A stretch of DNA of 64,000 bases from Anaerolineae bacterium. Lineage in GTDB: Bacteria > Chloroflexota > Anaerolineae > Epilineales > Epilineaceae. A program made the translations under genes and the position numbers. The DNA lies in the NCBI GenBank assembly GCA_038913135.1, contig JBCLES010000003.1, positions 27,696 through 91,695 on the forward strand, read 5' to 3'. A model generated the notes under the pieces. The model made no database searches, was not told the DNA's origin, and saw nothing but the letters and a program-made list of their open reading frames with translations. Below are positions 36,099 through 45,068 of this stretch, piece after piece (within the stretch, counting starts at the first letter, position 1; the number at the start of each line of letters is the position of its first letter).

Positions 36099-37205
36099 TC
36101 AACGATAGCCCATCGCCCCGTGCAGCGCGTCCAGAAGCGCCCCGCGCAGCACGCGTAGCTTGAAGCGCGCCAACGGCATCGGTGTGGCGGCTTCGATCAC
36201 GGCATCGACCGCACGCTCCAGCCTCTCAACGTCGCCCGGCGCCTCGATCAGCACGCGCTCGAGAGAACCAATCCGCAACGGGATGTTCGCCACGCCACCA
36301 AGCGCTACGCGGGCGAAGGAACCATCCGCCGATAGCCGCACCAGAACTTCGACCAACGGCCACTCCGCGACCGCTCGGGCGTTCGAGCGGACGTAGCTCG
36401 AACGTTCATCCGCCAGAGGCGGCGGCAGGCGGACCGCCGTGAGGATTGCCCCGTCGGGAAGCAGATGGTCGCGGCTCGGATCGGAGCCGTCACCGTAGAG
36501 GTCGGCGATTGCCATCGACCGCGCGGCAGTCGCGACATCCGCACCGAGCGCCTCGACATCGACGCCCCTGCTCCGATCCTCGCCGGCCCGTCCGCTGTCC
36601 TCGACTGCCCCACCTCTCGCCTCGCCAACTCCACCGAGCGCCTTGCCGGCACCCTCGCTTGCGACGCTCCCCCCACCGATGCCATCTCCGCCCGCATGGA
36701 ACACCTCGACCTCGGCATCATGTGCCAACAGCGCCATTCCCAGCGTCGAAGGATGAGGTGCGACGCATGGACCCAAGTCGAAACAGACCCCCAGGAGGTT
36801 GTTGCCGTCCCTCGACGGGCAGTTGTCGCCGCCTTTCTTGAAGCACTGAAAAGCATGACTGCGGAAGTACCAGCAGCGTGTGCTCTGCAGGAGGTTCCCC
36901 CCGACCGTCCCGATCGCCCGGATGTGCGGAGCCGCGATGTTCGCTGTCGCCTGCACCAAGCCGGGGTAAGCCGCGCGCACTCGCACGTCGGACAAGAGCG
37001 CCGCCATCGTCACCATCGCGCCGATTCTAGCGCCGCCGTCAGCGTCCCACTCGATACCGCGCAGCCCTGCGATGCCCGAAAGATCCACGATATCGCCACG
37101 ATTCGCGCCGTAGCGCCGCGTTTCCGTTAGGTCCGTGCCGCCCGCCCGATAGACATCGCCCCGTGCTGCGGCTGCGTCGTTCAGCGTCGACGGAAGGCCC
37201 ATCAT
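36099..37205 (-). CDS. FAD-binding subunit of a molybdenum hydroxylase (CoxM/XdhB-like) with Gly-rich insertion
   Basis: The track ORF (555 aa) is trimmed to ATGATG at 37205, which overlaps the stop of the Moco subunit (ATGA). [10 protein letters not shown]..., [19 protein letters not shown] are FAD-binding (FAD_binding_5-like) motifs. A ~60-aa Gly/Ala/Glu-rich insert is present. Confidence 0.85.
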   Translation of the reverse strand: MMGLPSTLNDAAAARGDVYRAGGTDLTETRRYGANRGDIVDLSGIAGLRGIEWDADGGARIGAMVTMAALLSDVRVRAAYPGLVQATANIAAPHIRAIGTVGGNLLQSTRCWYFRSHAFQCFKKGGDNCPSRDGNNLLGVCFDLGPCVAPHPSTLGMALLAHDAEVEVFHAGGDGIGGGSVASEGAGKALGGVGEARGGAVEDSGRAGEDRSRGVDVEALGADVATAARSMAIADLYGDGSDPSRDHLLPDGAILTAVRLPPPLADERSSYVRSNARAVAEWPLVEVLVRLSADGSFARVALGGVANIPLRIGSLERVLIEAPGDVERLERAVDAVIEAATPMPLARFKLRVLRGALLDALHGAMGYR

Positions 37206-39916
37206 GATCGCACCTCGCGCACCCCGCGCAATGCGCGCCCCGGCATGATCGGCAGGGAGCGTGGCCGCCAACCAGTCGCGTGGTAGACGGCGTTGCCGAT
37301 CGAGGCCGCGACCGAAAGAGTGGACAGCTCGCCCAGACCTACAGCCCCGCCGCGCACATGCTCGAAGCCCATTTCGAAGAATTCGACTTCGATCTGGGGC
37401 GTGTCCGAGATGCCCGGTATCCGGTAGTCCTCCAACCCGGCCGTCAGTATTACTCCCGTACGCGGATCCACATGGCGTTCTTCGAACAAGGCGTAACCGA
37501 CGCCTTGAATGACCCCGCCCAGTGCCTGGCTCCGAGCGAGTTCCGGCGCGGCGAGCTTGCCGCAGCCCAACCCGGCCCAAACCCGTGGAACACGGATCTT
37601 GCCGAGTTGCATGTCGACTTCGACCTCGCTGACGTGTACCGCCCGCGTAAACCCGCGCCCCGTGCGCAATCCTTCGATGTTCATCGGCAAGAAGTAGCGC
37701 TTGTCGTCCGGTCCTCGGCCGGCGGTAACCGCCTGTGGCGGCACGGCGGCGATGACCTCCGCCCAAGGGAGCAAGCCGGCGGAATGCCGCACGCCTTCAG
37801 TTGCGGCTTGAGCGTCGACAAGTCCGAAATGCTCAGCCGCCGATTCCGAAAGCAACCCGGCCAGCTGGGCGGCTGCGTCGAGAGCGGCGGGCCGAATGGA
37901 AGCCGTCGTGCGGCTACCGCCGGACATCGGACCTTGTGGCAGCGACGAGTCTCCGATACGCATATAGATCTGATCAGGGCGAAGGCCAAAGACTTCCGCC
38001 ACGGCGCGCGCTATAACCGTACGTGACCCTGTGCCAAGGTCCTGCACCCCACAAGCAGCCCCGAAACCGTCAGGGCTCGCCGAGACTTCGACCTCGACAT
38101 TGGGCTGCAGGAAGTACATCCAATTCGCGATCGCCATGCCGATGCCGCGCCGGTACCTCCCTTGATCCGATGCGACCTCCGCCCGATCGCGCCACGCCGG
38201 TATCGACTCGACGTAGTCCATGAGCGTGTTCCGAAGCGGATTCGGATCCCAGCGCCTGCGAAGCGTGACCGGATCGACCCCGAGCTTTTCCGCCATTTCG
38301 TCGACCGCCTGCTCGAGGGCCCAGGCCGCCATCGGCCCGCCTGGTCCGCGGAACGGCTTGCCCGGCGGTAGATGGCTGACGACGTCGTAGTCGGCAAGCG
38401 CCTTGGGCGCCTTCGGGTAGATGAAGCGGAACAGGCTGGCTACCGTAGAGCCCGGCGCAATACCACCGTCGCCGTGCACGTCGACCGTGAGGGCTTCGAG
38501 CGCCCCGTCCTGATCCGCGGAAATCGCGAGTTCGATCTTCGATCCCGGCCGATTGCCACCTACGGAAAGCTCTTCTTCGCGGTCGAGAAAAACTCCTACA
38601 GGCCGCCCCGTCACGCGAGCTAGGTCGATGGCGGCGACCACCTCCATCGTCATCTCGAGCTTCGCACCAAAACCGCCCCCGACGTGATCGGATAGAACGC
38701 GCACGTTTTCGCGCGGCAATTCATAGTGCTTCGCTATTTCATCTGCAACGCGGGCGGCCGCCTGACTCGATATGTACGCGGTCAGCCGCGCGCCAGGGCC
38801 GTCACCTTCCCACGTAGCAACACATGCGTGCGGCTCAAGGCAGGTGTGCGATTGGACGGCCGTGTCCCACGTCCCTTCGACCAGCCGCTCTCCGCCGGAT
38901 GCGCGCGCCGCTTTGATCCGTCGCCGAGCCTTGCCGGGAAACACCGACATCGCCGTCACCGGACCGCGCACGTTGCCATGCCAGCGGGCAGGTGTGAGCG
39001 GGCCTTCAGCTGAACTCGGATGCTTCTTGCGAAAGCCTTCATGCACAAGCGGGGCGCCGGGCGCCATCGCCGCCCCCATGCCGATCACAGCCGGCAACGG
39101 CTCGTAATCCACGCTGATTGCCGCGAGCGCGCGCTCAGCCGTTTCACGATCATCAGCCGCGACGGCCGCTATCTCAGCGCCGACGTACTTCACCTCGCGC
39201 TCGTTCCCAAGAAGATCGATGACGGCGTGGACGCCGGGAAGCGCTAAAGCGGCGCTGGGATCGACTGATCGGACAATAGCGTGCGGATGCACCGACCGAA
39301 GGATCCGCCCGACAAGCTGGCCGGACAGTCTCACATCGACGGTGTAGCGCGCCTTGCCGCTCACCTTGTCGCGCGCCTCGTGCCGCGCCGGAATGGGCTC
39401 CGGGCCGTCGTCGAAGCGGCCGGCGCAGGCGTCGGCTACGGCTTCGATAATCCCTTGGTACGCGCCGCAACGACAAAGGTGTCCGGCAAGAGCAGCCATT
39501 ACCTCTTGTCGCGACGGGCGTGCGAACGCGTACTCCTCACCGCTTCCTGACTGTTGTGACGCACGCCACCTGTCGAAGAAGGCCACTCCCTCCATAACGA
39601 AGCCGGGCGTGCAATAGCCGCATTGCAGCCCGTCATGCGCCATGAGTGCGCGCTGCACCGGGTGGAGACCTCCTGACCCACCGAGCCAGGTTACACCCTC
39701 AACGGTCCGCACTCGCCGGCCTTCCAGCGCGACGGCCGGCAAGAGGCAGCTCGCTACCGGCTCGCCGTCGAGATGGATGGTGCATGCGCCGCACGCGCCG
39801 CTGCCGCAGCTGAGCTTGGTCCCCGTGAAGCCGAGCCGGTCGCGGAGCACTTCGACCGCGGTCGTGTCCTGGCCGGCTTCGACCTCGGCCTGCGTATCGT
39901 TCAACTGAAACGTCAC
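37202..39916 (-). CDS. Molybdenum hydroxylase, fused [2Fe-2S] (CoxS-like) and molybdopterin-binding (CoxL/aldehyde oxidase-like) subunit
   Basis: N-terminus CGSGACGACTIHLDG and CGYCTPGF...CRCGAYQGI (two 2Fe-2S clusters), followed by an ~750-aa aldehyde oxidase/xanthine dehydrogenase-type Moco domain. Confidence 0.9.
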   Translation of the reverse strand: MTFQLNDTQAEVEAGQDTTAVEVLRDRLGFTGTKLSCGSGACGACTIHLDGEPVASCLLPAVALEGRRVRTVEGVTWLGGSGGLHPVQRALMAHDGLQCGYCTPGFVMEGVAFFDRWRASQQSGSGEEYAFARPSRQEVMAALAGHLCRCGAYQGIIEAVADACAGRFDDGPEPIPARHEARDKVSGKARYTVDVRLSGQLVGRILRSVHPHAIVRSVDPSAALALPGVHAVIDLLGNEREVKYVGAEIAAVAADDRETAERALAAISVDYEPLPAVIGMGAAMAPGAPLVHEGFRKKHPSSAEGPLTPARWHGNVRGPVTAMSVFPGKARRRIKAARASGGERLVEGTWDTAVQSHTCLEPHACVATWEGDGPGARLTAYISSQAAARVADEIAKHYELPRENVRVLSDHVGGGFGAKLEMTMEVVAAIDLARVTGRPVGVFLDREEELSVGGNRPGSKIELAISADQDGALEALTVDVHGDGGIAPGSTVASLFRFIYPKAPKALADYDVVSHLPPGKPFRGPGGPMAAWALEQAVDEMAEKLGVDPVTLRRRWDPNPLRNTLMDYVESIPAWRDRAEVASDQGRYRRGIGMAIANWMYFLQPNVEVEVSASPDGFGAACGVQDLGTGSRTVIARAVAEVFGLRPDQIYMRIGDSSLPQGPMSGGSRTTASIRPAALDAAAQLAGLLSESAAEHFGLVDAQAATEGVRHSAGLLPWAEVIAAVPPQAVTAGRGPDDKRYFLPMNIEGLRTGRGFTRAVHVSEVEVDMQLGKIRVPRVWAGLGCGKLAAPELARSQALGGVIQGVGYALFEERHVDPRTGVILTAGLEDYRIPGISDTPQIEVEFFEMGFEHVRGGAVGLGELSTLSVAASIGNAVYHATGWRPRSLPIMPGRALRGVREVRS

Positions 39917-39978
39917 GGAGCGTTCGATGGGAGGCCCCCTGGTGAGATTCTCTAATCGGATTCAGAGCCGACCGGCCT

Positions 39979-41580
39979 TCAGGCCGGGTTGTCCTCGATA
40001 ATATGGTAAGCGATCCGCTCCGCAAGCGCGCCTATCGTCATCGATGGATTGCGGCCTATCGAGCTAGGGATGATCGATCCATCGGCGACATAGAGTCGCT
40101 TATGCCCGAAGGCCTCGCCTAGATGGTCGACGACGCCGTCCGAAGCCGACTTTCCCATTCGGCATCCGCCAAGCGGATGGACGGTGACCAGGCTGCGAAG
40201 GATGCGCCAGAAGAAGGGTGTGTCCAGTCGCCCACCTCCGACGGCCGCAATCCGTTCGTGCATTTCGATTATCGTGTCGATCACTGCCGCCGAGGAGGCC
40301 GCATCCCAGCTCAGTTTCAGCCTTCGTTCCCAAGGCCGCAGCGTGTCACGGCCGAGCCAAAGCCTCCCATCGCCGGCGTCCACGCCCTCGCCGAGCCAGA
40401 CCATGACGTCGCCGAGCGGGTTCTTCTCGTCGAGACTTCGGCCACGTTCGAGCCGCTTTCGGAGCGCCCAGCGGATCGGGCTCATCCGGCTGCCGCGCGA
40501 CAGGCCGTCCAGCGCGTTGAGCAGAACGTTCGGGAAGCCGTCGTCCTCTATGAAGAAGCGCTGCCCGTTCACCGATCCATCCATGAACTCGAGGCCGGCC
40601 GAAATCGTCGGGCCGATCGATTGCTCGATCTTCGCGCCGGCAGGGTAGCGCGCCGGAGAGAGGACGTTAGCGTTAGCGCTCCAGTGGCGGCCCAAGTGGG
40701 CGCTCAGACCGGGCAACGTGCCGTGCTCGTCGCGACAGCGGAGCAAGATCTCGGTCGAGCCGAGCGAACCGGCAGCGACCACGACACGCTCAGCACGTTC
40801 GCGGCCCGGCGTGAGTCCGTCCGGCGTCACGCGATCGAAATGAACCACATAGCCGGTCCCGTCCGGCTCGATGGTCCGCACCAAATGCAGCGGACGGACA
40901 TCGGCTCCATGCTTCTCCGCCCACGGGATGTAGTTCAGGTCAAGCGTATTCTTGGCCCGTACATCGCAACCGATGTCGCAATTGCCGAGATGCACGCACG
41001 TGCCCTGTCGAACGCCTTGCGCGTTGTCGTGCGCCTTCGAGTGAGAGTGACTCAAGGGGTCGGGCAGGTCGTACGAATAATCAGGGTCGAACGTCAGCGC
41101 CAGTGGAACCGACATGAAGCGATCCGAGTGCCCGAGCGAGCGGCCCGCGTTCTCCAAGAGCAGGTGGCGCTTGGTTCGCTGTCCATCGGGGATCGGCGAG
41201 ACGTTCATCGTCGTCCCGACGCGCTCGTAGAATGGTTCGAGCGACTCCAGGTTTATTTCCTCCGGCCAGCCGGACTCGAAGCGCTCGGCGTTAGCGCGCA
41301 TCACGACGCTCGAATAGCAGAGCGAGCCTCCACCCACCCCGGCGCCCTGGGCGACCGTCATCCGCGGGAAGAAGCGCAGATCCAACCATCCGCTCTGCTT
41401 TTCGGGCCGCCGGTGGTCGAAGAGCCAAGGGTCGGACGGCGAGCGCGGGTAGTTGGTTGTGTCCCACCGACGCCCGCGTTCGAGCACGAGCGTCCTTGCG
41501 CCGGACTCGGCCAACCGGCAGGCCGTGATCGCGCCGCCGAAGCCGCTTCCGATCACGATGACGTCGTAAGTGTCGCTCAT
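39979..41580 (-). CDS. GMC family FAD oxidoreductase (cholesterol-oxidase-like)
   Basis: YDVIVIGSGFGGAITACRLAESGARTLVLERG Rossmann motif; C-terminal HPLGGCRMG... is typical of the GMC family. Confidence 0.9.
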   Translation of the reverse strand: MSDTYDVIVIGSGFGGAITACRLAESGARTLVLERGRRWDTTNYPRSPSDPWLFDHRRPEKQSGWLDLRFFPRMTVAQGAGVGGGSLCYSSVVMRANAERFESGWPEEINLESLEPFYERVGTTMNVSPIPDGQRTKRHLLLENAGRSLGHSDRFMSVPLALTFDPDYSYDLPDPLSHSHSKAHDNAQGVRQGTCVHLGNCDIGCDVRAKNTLDLNYIPWAEKHGADVRPLHLVRTIEPDGTGYVVHFDRVTPDGLTPGRERAERVVVAAGSLGSTEILLRCRDEHGTLPGLSAHLGRHWSANANVLSPARYPAGAKIEQSIGPTISAGLEFMDGSVNGQRFFIEDDGFPNVLLNALDGLSRGSRMSPIRWALRKRLERGRSLDEKNPLGDVMVWLGEGVDAGDGRLWLGRDTLRPWERRLKLSWDAASSAAVIDTIIEMHERIAAVGGGRLDTPFFWRILRSLVTVHPLGGCRMGKSASDGVVDHLGEAFGHKRLYVADGSIIPSSIGRNPSMTIGALAERIAYHIIEDNPA

Positions 41581-41640
41581 GCCCGCCTCCGTCGTTCGGC
41601 TCTCAGGATTGGTCCGGCGATGAAATCACCACACGAAGGC

Positions 41641-42927
41641 TCAAGTGGAAGCGGTATCCACCTGCACGTCGCGCGGGATCCAGAAGTGAATTCGCTTGTC
41701 TCCGCCCTCACCGATCGCGTACTTGGTGAAGGTGATTTCACCGAGCGTGGTCCACTCGGTCTCGTCGAAGTTCTTGACGGTGATCAGGTAGCGGAGCGAA
41801 GAATCGGGATAGTGTTCGAGCCTCAATTCGTCCCGGAAGTCGCGCGCGTTGATGCGCGGCATGCCGGGTGCGATTCTGAACTTGATCAAGTCCGGCGTGA
41901 CGACCGGATCGCCCGGCGCCTGCCCGAGCATCGAGATGGGGAAGAGCTGCCGGTAGCCCGGCCGGGTGTCCATGAAGCGGAAGAAGACCCGATTGATCAT
42001 GTTGGCGGCCGGGTCGAGTCCGACCGTCGGGAAGTTCAGGGGCTCCATGTCCGTGATGTGCTTCGACTTCTGGCCGCTCAAGTGAGTGACCGTCACGAAG
42101 TTTGCCGGCCAATGCCGCTCCATCGGATTCATGGTGGGCCACAGCTTGCCGGCGATACCAATTCCACGGCGGTCGTTGCTCATGATGAACGGCCCGGCTA
42201 CGGACATTCGGACGATCAAAAGGCCCTCCGAGCCCTTCCGGAAGTGGCCGGTGTACGGAGAGTCTTCGGTGATGCGCCACGTTCCGGAGAAGCTGATCCC
42301 GTTGGAATGGATGAGCTTGTTGAAACGCGGTCGAATGTCGCGGTGGTCGTGCATGTTGCGCGACGAATCGTTCAGGAATCGCAAGAAGGTCGATGGCGCG
42401 GCGCCAAGCCCGGAGTGCAACGGCAACCCTTCACTTACCGGATAGGCCCCGCCCAGCGCGACCTCCTCGACTTCGTGAAACGTGGAGCCGTCGTATTCCT
42501 CGAGCTCGGTGTCATCGTCGTTCGGCTTCAAGACTCCGGCACGCCAATCCCGTTCCGGACCGGCTTTCATCGTCAGGAATAGGAGCGTGAATTGGACTGC
42601 GAAAAGAACCAAGTCGATCCAACCAAAGATCGGGTAGAGGCCAGGGTAGAGCACGAAGAAGAAGAAGATGCCGGGCGGACGTGCGAACACTGAGAGCCAT
42701 GCCGCGATCTTGTAGCGGAAAGGATCGATCACCCCTGGGATATACATCAAGCCAAGGAGGACGAGCGCGAGCGACGCGAAAGCAGCCCACATGGGGTCCG
42801 GTGTCGGCCGCTGGTGCGCCAGCTTGAGGACTGCCTCAGGGAAGAAGAGGCCGGGCAGGCCGAGTGCGAGATCCTGTGCGATCCCTAACAGCATTATTCG
42901 GCGGAACCAGGGGAGATATCGGTTCAT
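41641..42927 (-). CDS. Membrane protein: N-terminal 4-TM module plus ~290-aa soluble domain of uncertain fold (possibly catalase-like haem domain)
   Basis: ATG at 42927 (MNRYLPWFRR) after GGAGA. The TM module is paralogous to the 126-aa ORF upstream. The soluble part has LIHSNGISFSGTWRI...GLLIVRMSVAGP...RRGIGIAGKLW, reminiscent of the catalase H-x-x-G...RFS...RG-x-A-x-K pattern, by eye only. Confidence 0.55.
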   Translation of the reverse strand: MNRYLPWFRRIMLLGIAQDLALGLPGLFFPEAVLKLAHQRPTPDPMWAAFASLALVLLGLMYIPGVIDPFRYKIAAWLSVFARPPGIFFFFVLYPGLYPIFGWIDLVLFAVQFTLLFLTMKAGPERDWRAGVLKPNDDDTELEEYDGSTFHEVEEVALGGAYPVSEGLPLHSGLGAAPSTFLRFLNDSSRNMHDHRDIRPRFNKLIHSNGISFSGTWRITEDSPYTGHFRKGSEGLLIVRMSVAGPFIMSNDRRGIGIAGKLWPTMNPMERHWPANFVTVTHLSGQKSKHITDMEPLNFPTVGLDPAANMINRVFFRFMDTRPGYRQLFPISMLGQAPGDPVVTPDLIKFRIAPGMPRINARDFRDELRLEHYPDSSLRYLITVKNFDETEWTTLGEITFTKYAIGEGGDKRIHFWIPRDVQVDTAST

Positions 42928-43082
42928 CGGCTTCGTCTCCGCGTGGGCTGTAGAGCAGGGTGGTGGCAGCGGTGGATGGGTGCATATGTGAGTGCTTTGC
43001 CGCGGCTCGACTGGGACTCGATTTCGTGGCTCGAAGATGAGACTCGACACATTGCCTATCTAAGTGTCGGGCTGCCGTGGCG

Positions 43083-43463
43083 TCAGAGATAGGGCGCTTC
43101 GCGCATCGCCTTCACCAGGAGCGGCAGCTGCACGGCGACCATCACGAGCGCAACATAACCAAAGAGCGGGTACTGGCCGGGCTGGAGCAGGAGGAAGAAG
43201 CAAGCGACTGGGATGCGCACGAGGACGGCAAGCCACGCAAGCATTCCATAGCGATACGGGTCGAGCGCGGCCGGGATGAAGAAGAGCGATATCAGGACGA
43301 TCAGGAGCGCTGAAAACGCAGTCCACACCGGATCGCCCGGAGGGCGCTGACCCAGGACTTCCGCTACTCGGACAGGGTCGAAGATAGTCGGAATCCCTGT
43401 GATCCAGTCGAGGAGGACACCGGCGCCGAGCGCGATGCCGAAGGCTTTGCCGGAATTTGTCAT
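43083..43463 (-). CDS. Small 4-TM membrane protein, paralog of the N-terminal module of the downstream gene
   Basis: PPGDPVWTAFSALLIVLISLFFIPAALDPYRYGMLAWLAVLVR...LQPGQYPLFGYVALVMVAVQLPLL aligns by eye with PTPDPMWAAFASLALVLLGLMYIPGVIDPFRYKIAAWLSVFAR...LYPGLYPIFGWIDLVLFAVQFTLL. Confidence 0.6.
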   Translation of the reverse strand: MTNSGKAFGIALGAGVLLDWITGIPTIFDPVRVAEVLGQRPPGDPVWTAFSALLIVLISLFFIPAALDPYRYGMLAWLAVLVRIPVACFFLLLQPGQYPLFGYVALVMVAVQLPLLVKAMREAPYL

Positions 43464-43530
43464 CGCTCGCCTCTTGTCGGAGTGGGCCGGTCGGTCCGAT
43501 GCCGCCGGGCTAAGGTGATGGGTCGGAAGG

Positions 43531-44991
43531 CTAGAGGGTCTTCATATACTCGACTAGAGCGTCCTTGTCGTCCGCTCCGAGGTCCGTGCCGTACTCGTGG
43601 CCGCCGTTGTCGTTGCCGGGGAGCGATGTGTCGTATTCGAAGAACGCGCGGCCGCGCTCCTCGGCGACGTCCGACACGAAGCCGACGTCGTTGGGGTCGA
43701 AGACGTCATAGCCGCGATAGAACTTGTCGGGCCGCCGAGCGGGCGGCTGCAGCATCGCCCTCAGATTGGGCACCGAACCGTTGTGCAGGTAGGGCGAGCG
43801 AATCCAAATGCCGTCGAGCGGTACGGCCTGGTAGCCGTCATTCCAGACGAAGCTCTCGAATTCCCACGGGTAACCCTCGGTGTACGCGTTGTAAGCGGCC
43901 GCTGCCTCCTGGGACCACATTTCGATCCGATGTGGGTCCGTTCCCACTTCGGATTGGGTGATGATCGTACCCACCCGCTCCCCGTCGAAGGCGTGGCATG
44001 TCGAACACTCGGCTTCGAATACGGCCCGCCCTTGGGCGGCGAGGTCTTCGTCGATCTCGAATTCGGAGCCGTTCTCCTTGTTCGGGAAGGCGGGCGGCTC
44101 AAGGTCCATCAACCAGAGTTCGATCTCTTCGAGCTCGGTCATGGGCAGCGACTTCGGGGTCGCGCCGTCGCCGAGCGCCGAGCTGAGAACGACTTCACGG
44201 ATATCGTCGTTCAAGCCATCCGTATGGAACACATGGCCGCCGCGCACGCGTGGGCCCAGGTTCCAGATGGGCTGCATGTCCGAATTGCCGATCGTACCGC
44301 CGGCTTCGAGGTCGAGCAGAGCGACCTTGACCGGGTTGAACGGATCGATCCGCCCCGGTCCCCAATCCGGATTGTCCTCCATCCAAGCGTAGTTAGCCGC
44401 CTGTTCGAGCAATCCGCGACGGGTAGCCGGAATAATGACGAAGCGATAGAGCAGCCGATCCGGAAGCGATAGGTCCGTGACCTGTTGGATGGCGTCGAGG
44501 ATCTCTTTGGCTCGGAAGCGCTCGTCTTCGGCGGCCTGGCGCAAGAAGCGGAGGTAAGCCTGCGAGTCCATCGTGTTGGCGGTTCCGCCGGGGTAGAATG
44601 TCGGCAGCTCCTCGGGGTTCAATCTCACGGACGACGTGTGGCAGACCGCGCAATTGAACGCCACGCGCTCGAAGCCGATGACTTTTCGCGAAAAGCCGAT
44701 GGGCAACGCTTCGCCGCGCTCGACCATGAACCCCACCGACGGGTAGCCGCCTGGTCCGGGCAGGTATTCCGGGAAGATTCGAGGCAGTACAAGCCAGATC
44801 CAATAGGGGATGCCGGCTTCGGCCTCGGTGCCTATCGAACCGTACTTGAAATACTCCTCAGTGCCGCCCGTGATCTGTTGCGGGACTTCGCGCAAGAGCC
44901 GATTCCACGCAAAGACTCCGATAATCGCGACGACGATCAGCGCCGCAAGCCACTTTTTGGAAAGTCGATTTCCCACACGCTTCTCCTTCAT
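43531..44991 (-). CDS. Membrane-anchored di-haem cytochrome c, CCP/MauG-like
   Basis: Two CxxCH motifs (NCAVCHTSS; ECSTCHAFDG), an N-terminal TM (WLAALIVVAIIGVFAW), and SPYLHNGSVPNLRAML resembling the CCP-family PYxHDGS segment. Tandem paralog of the next gene. Confidence 0.75.
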   Translation of the reverse strand: MKEKRVGNRLSKKWLAALIVVAIIGVFAWNRLLREVPQQITGGTEEYFKYGSIGTEAEAGIPYWIWLVLPRIFPEYLPGPGGYPSVGFMVERGEALPIGFSRKVIGFERVAFNCAVCHTSSVRLNPEELPTFYPGGTANTMDSQAYLRFLRQAAEDERFRAKEILDAIQQVTDLSLPDRLLYRFVIIPATRRGLLEQAANYAWMEDNPDWGPGRIDPFNPVKVALLDLEAGGTIGNSDMQPIWNLGPRVRGGHVFHTDGLNDDIREVVLSSALGDGATPKSLPMTELEEIELWLMDLEPPAFPNKENGSEFEIDEDLAAQGRAVFEAECSTCHAFDGERVGTIITQSEVGTDPHRIEMWSQEAAAAYNAYTEGYPWEFESFVWNDGYQAVPLDGIWIRSPYLHNGSVPNLRAMLQPPARRPDKFYRGYDVFDPNDVGFVSDVAEERGRAFFEYDTSLPGNDNGGHEYGTDLGADDKDALVEYMKTL

Positions 44992-45068
44992 AGGGCACTG
45001 TCGGCTCGTTGTGACGACGTGATCGCGCCCGCACGGTTTCTACGATTGAGCGCGGACGCCGAGGCCCG

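Noticed and set aside
40123-42582. 819-aa plus-strand ORF, the longest unassigned ORF in the track
   Set aside because: It lies antisense to the GMC oxidoreductase and the 428-aa membrane protein, both of which have clear motifs. The product is Arg/Pro/Ala-rich with no motifs, which is the typical shadow ORF of GC-rich DNA.
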